From Octopus vulgaris (Eukaryota): DNA of 64,000 nt. A model generated the notes under the pieces. The model did no database searches and was not told the DNA's origin. It was given only the letters and a program-made list of their open reading frames with translations. The position numbers and the translations under genes are program-made. The stretch spans positions 47,802,001 to 47,866,000 of the forward strand of contig OX597837.1 of assembly GCA_951406725.2 (NCBI GenBank), read 5' to 3'. Of the stretch, positions 61,117-64,000 are shown one piece after another. Numbering within the stretch: position 1 is the first letter of the stretch; every line of letters starts with the position of its first letter.

Positions 61117-61207
61117 GTATCGGCATGAATTCAAATCTCAGGAACTTTGGACAGAGATCAAATTTGTTTTGGATAATTTTGCTGCCCAATTTACTCAGCT
61201 CTTTATT
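61117..61207 (+). CDS. CSE1L: Exportin-2 coding exon 5
   Basis: ttccag|G TAT...ATT|gtaaga; (R)YRHEFKSQELWTEIKFVLDNFAAQFTQLFI. Confidence 0.97.
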
Positions 61208-61867
61208 GTAAGACTTGTATTTTTCTTTTTGCATTTATATTCTTGTGTTTACCCCCAGATTAGACTTATAATTCAAGACATTCCAGGCATGACCTTTTTT
61301 CAGGAATATTTAAGACTGCATCATGTAATGTGTCCTTGTTCTTTTTTTTTTAAGATGGTAGGGTATAATTTGGAGGGGGATATTGTTACTATTTCTTGTT
61401 GGTTGAGTAACTGTAGACCAGCAGTTCCCAACCTTTTCTATATGAAAAACTTTTTATTTTAATGGATTTTCACACACAAGTGGACATAAATTCCACTCAA
61501 TAAATGCTTTTTAGCCACTCCCTTGGCAGGAACACACAAAGATTTCTTTTAGACAATAGATACCCCTTCTCTCTAACACTTCTAAACTCTCTACCAAACT
61601 ATATTTAAAGAAGACTTCAATGAAAAATCTCCAAACATGTTCTTGCCCCACACCCCCACCCCGAAGAAGATAAACTGTTTTTACTTCTAATTTTTATAAA
61701 TTTTTACTGATATTTGATAAGATGAGATGCATCAAAACCTGTAATATTTTCTTTATATGATTTTTAAAATCATTTTTATTAAATTCCCTCTGAAATTGAA
61801 ACATCTTAGACTTACTTCAGTGCTATTTCCACTGCCATCTTTATATATATATATATATATATATATA

Positions 61868-62010
61868 TGACAGGCTTCTTTCAGTTTGCGTCTACCAAAT
61901 CCACTCACAAGTTTTGTTTGGCCCAAGGCTATAGTAGAAGACACTTGCTCAAGGTGCCATACAGTGGAACTGAACTTTGAACCATGTCATTGGGAAAAAA
62001 AGCTTCTTAC
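61868..62010 (-). mobile_element. CORE-like tRNA SINE
   Basis: ggcttctttcagtt...accaaatccactcacaa...ctatagtagaagacacttgctcaaggtgcca...gaac; abuts (TA)n. Confidence 0.8.
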
Positions 62011-63564
62011 CTTTTCTTTACCAGTTTCAGCTCACGAGCTGTGGCCATGTTGGGGCACTAGCATTTGCTTTGCTACAATTTCACTAAACCTCCTCTTGAT
62101 ATGTGGCATTTGGTGAATGAGGAAATTTGATGTTGCTGCCATTATCTGTGTTTTTTGCTGCATGGTAAGTTCTTCCAGAACTCTTGACAGGAGGGGATCC
62201 AGTTTTGTTTCAGAGATACCCACATCCACCCCATGTAAGTCTCCCAGGCTATGTGGGAGGATATTGAAGTGTGGGCCTTGAGACCCAAGCTGTTGCTATA
62301 TCTGGCCCTGTATCATGTTGGCATTGCTCTAATATTTGGTACTATGCAGGGGTGCCCCATTCTGCTGTTTGTGTAACTTACAATGCCAGAGTTTGCTACA
62401 AGTTCTTCTAGGGTTTTCCAGATGCATATCGCTATGTATCTTTCCTGCTTTTGTTTTAGGGAATAGAGTCTTAACTTTTTCAGCCTCTTGTAGTAGCTGA
62501 CATGTTGTGTTATCTTTTTTGTATAGCTTTGCTGGATTGCTTCGAGTTCTGTTGTTAATTTTCACAGGAAGCAGTAATCTAATTGGCTGAGAACAAATAT
62601 CCTCCAGAGGACCATCGTGGTTTCCTGTTCTCTTGTTCTGAAAGTTCTAAGGATCCATCCAACTAACCAATTGCATTTTATTGCCAATTTAGTAATATGC
62701 ACCTGGAAAGATGTATCATTATTCATGTCACTTCCCAGATCATGCCCTGATTTTGATTCAGGAATTGCAATTCATCCTGGGCCCATGTTATCTTATATAT
62801 TTATACAAACACACACCATGATTTACAAGATTAAATATGTATATATAGACTATATTTTATTAGGTTAGTTTGTGTATATAAACATGTTTTGCTAGCTTAG
62901 CTGTATTTTAAGCCATATTTTACTTGGTAAGCTGTATGTATGTAGTATAAACTCATCTTTTATGAGGTCAGCTGTATTGGCAGTATGTATATAAACACAT
63001 GTATATATAAATTCTTTTCCTAAGTAAGCTGCATGTATGTAAACATGCTCTACAGGTTAGGGGTGCATATATAAATATATGTTACTAGATTAGATGTGAA
63101 TACAGAAATCAGTTGTGAAATTATAGGTAGTGGTAGTAATTGTAGTGATATATGTAACAATATTTGGAGTAGTAGTAGAAGGTAATAGTAGTAGTAATAT
63201 TCACTATAATAATGTAAGTAGCAGCAATAAGGTAGAAGTTGGAATAGTAATTTTAACTGAAACCTGTTTATATATTTCAGAGTTGTAATTGTGTAGCAAC
63301 CTCAACTGAGACTGACTGTTGAAACTGAGGCACTTTCATTATAAAACAGTCATCTAATAATACAGAAGTTGTTTATTCTTTTTTTGAAATTTCATGAAAT
63401 GTTAACAATTTTATAGCCCATCTGCAACTTGGTCATTGCAGAAAATTTTGAGAATTCACGGAATTAAGTGATTTCAATAGTTTTGTGTGTTATTAAATGG
63501 CTAGAATTGTATTCCATGATGTAATTATTAATTACTGTACTGTTTCTCTTTATTTGATCCCTAG

Positions 63565-63672
63565 ACCACCATGCAATTGGCTGAGAACCACAGTAATGAC
63601 CCTGTTGCCTTGAAGGTTATATTCAGCTCCATTGTTCTCATGTGTAAAATATTTTATAGTTTAAACTATCAG
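63565..63672 (+). CDS. CSE1L: Exportin-2 coding exon 6 (gene continues beyond the window)
   Basis: ccctag|ACC...CAG|gtaagt; TTMQLAENHSNDPVALKVIFSSIVLMCKIFYSLNYQ. Confidence 0.96.
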
Positions 63673-64000
63673 GTAAGTCTTCTTCCACTCTACACGACCT
63701 TCGTCATTCCTCATCACACTCCAATTACATTTGATTTTTGTGTCTTTCCTCTTCTAGCCCTTGACCCATATTACCTTTCACACTGCTCCCTAGCATTCAT
63801 ATCTAAATTAAACTGTCAAACATAGTGTTTTGTCCTAAATACCTGCTTATTAATGAAAAGGTTATGTTAACTAAATTCTTTTATATTGTTAATTATTTTC
63901 AAAATTCATTAAAACACACAGGCGTTGTATTTAATTAGAAATACTGTCGTGTAAGGCTTAATGCAATTGGACCCATATTTTGTTTTTGTTTAGCTCTCTA

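Noticed and set aside
61419-61445. hAT TIR-like cagcagttcccaacctttt
   Set aside because: No matching second end or TSD found, so it is not called as a complete element.
60896-61462. 188-aa ORF as a standalone gene
   Set aside because: Only 61117-61207 is CSE1L exon; the rest is in-frame intron sequence.

Overview
AT-rich, repeat-dense animal genomic DNA. The SINE/LINE families and long (TA)n tracts look like a coleoid cephalopod, probably Octopus (inferred, not proven). Two host genes are recognisable, pointing away from each other. The first is a 64-aa complex I accessory subunit NDUFB1 (MNLL)-like ORF on the minus strand (14888-15082). The second is the 5' part of CSE1L/exportin-2 on the plus strand: a probable non-coding exon 1 ending at 28962, then six coding exons from 31657 to 63672 that join into a continuous 225-codon reading frame running out of the window. 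The rest is mostly transposon-derived: many RTE-clade LINE copies whose RT region carries a C4HC3 PHD-like finger, a cluster of R4/Dong-type LINE fragments in (TAA)n, three tRNA-derived SINE families, and mariner, hAT, Sola-like and Gypsy remnants. There is also a 233-bp tandem array ending at a 100-N gap. The most notable structures are modular stem-loop arrays plus a predicted pseudoknot in the RTE 3' UTRs, a ~520-bp near-perfect foldback, inverted RTE copies with shared lesions flanking a CSE1L exon, an RTE>mariner>RTE nest, and a Penelope-type minimal hammerhead remnant. Boundaries of degenerate repeats are approximate.
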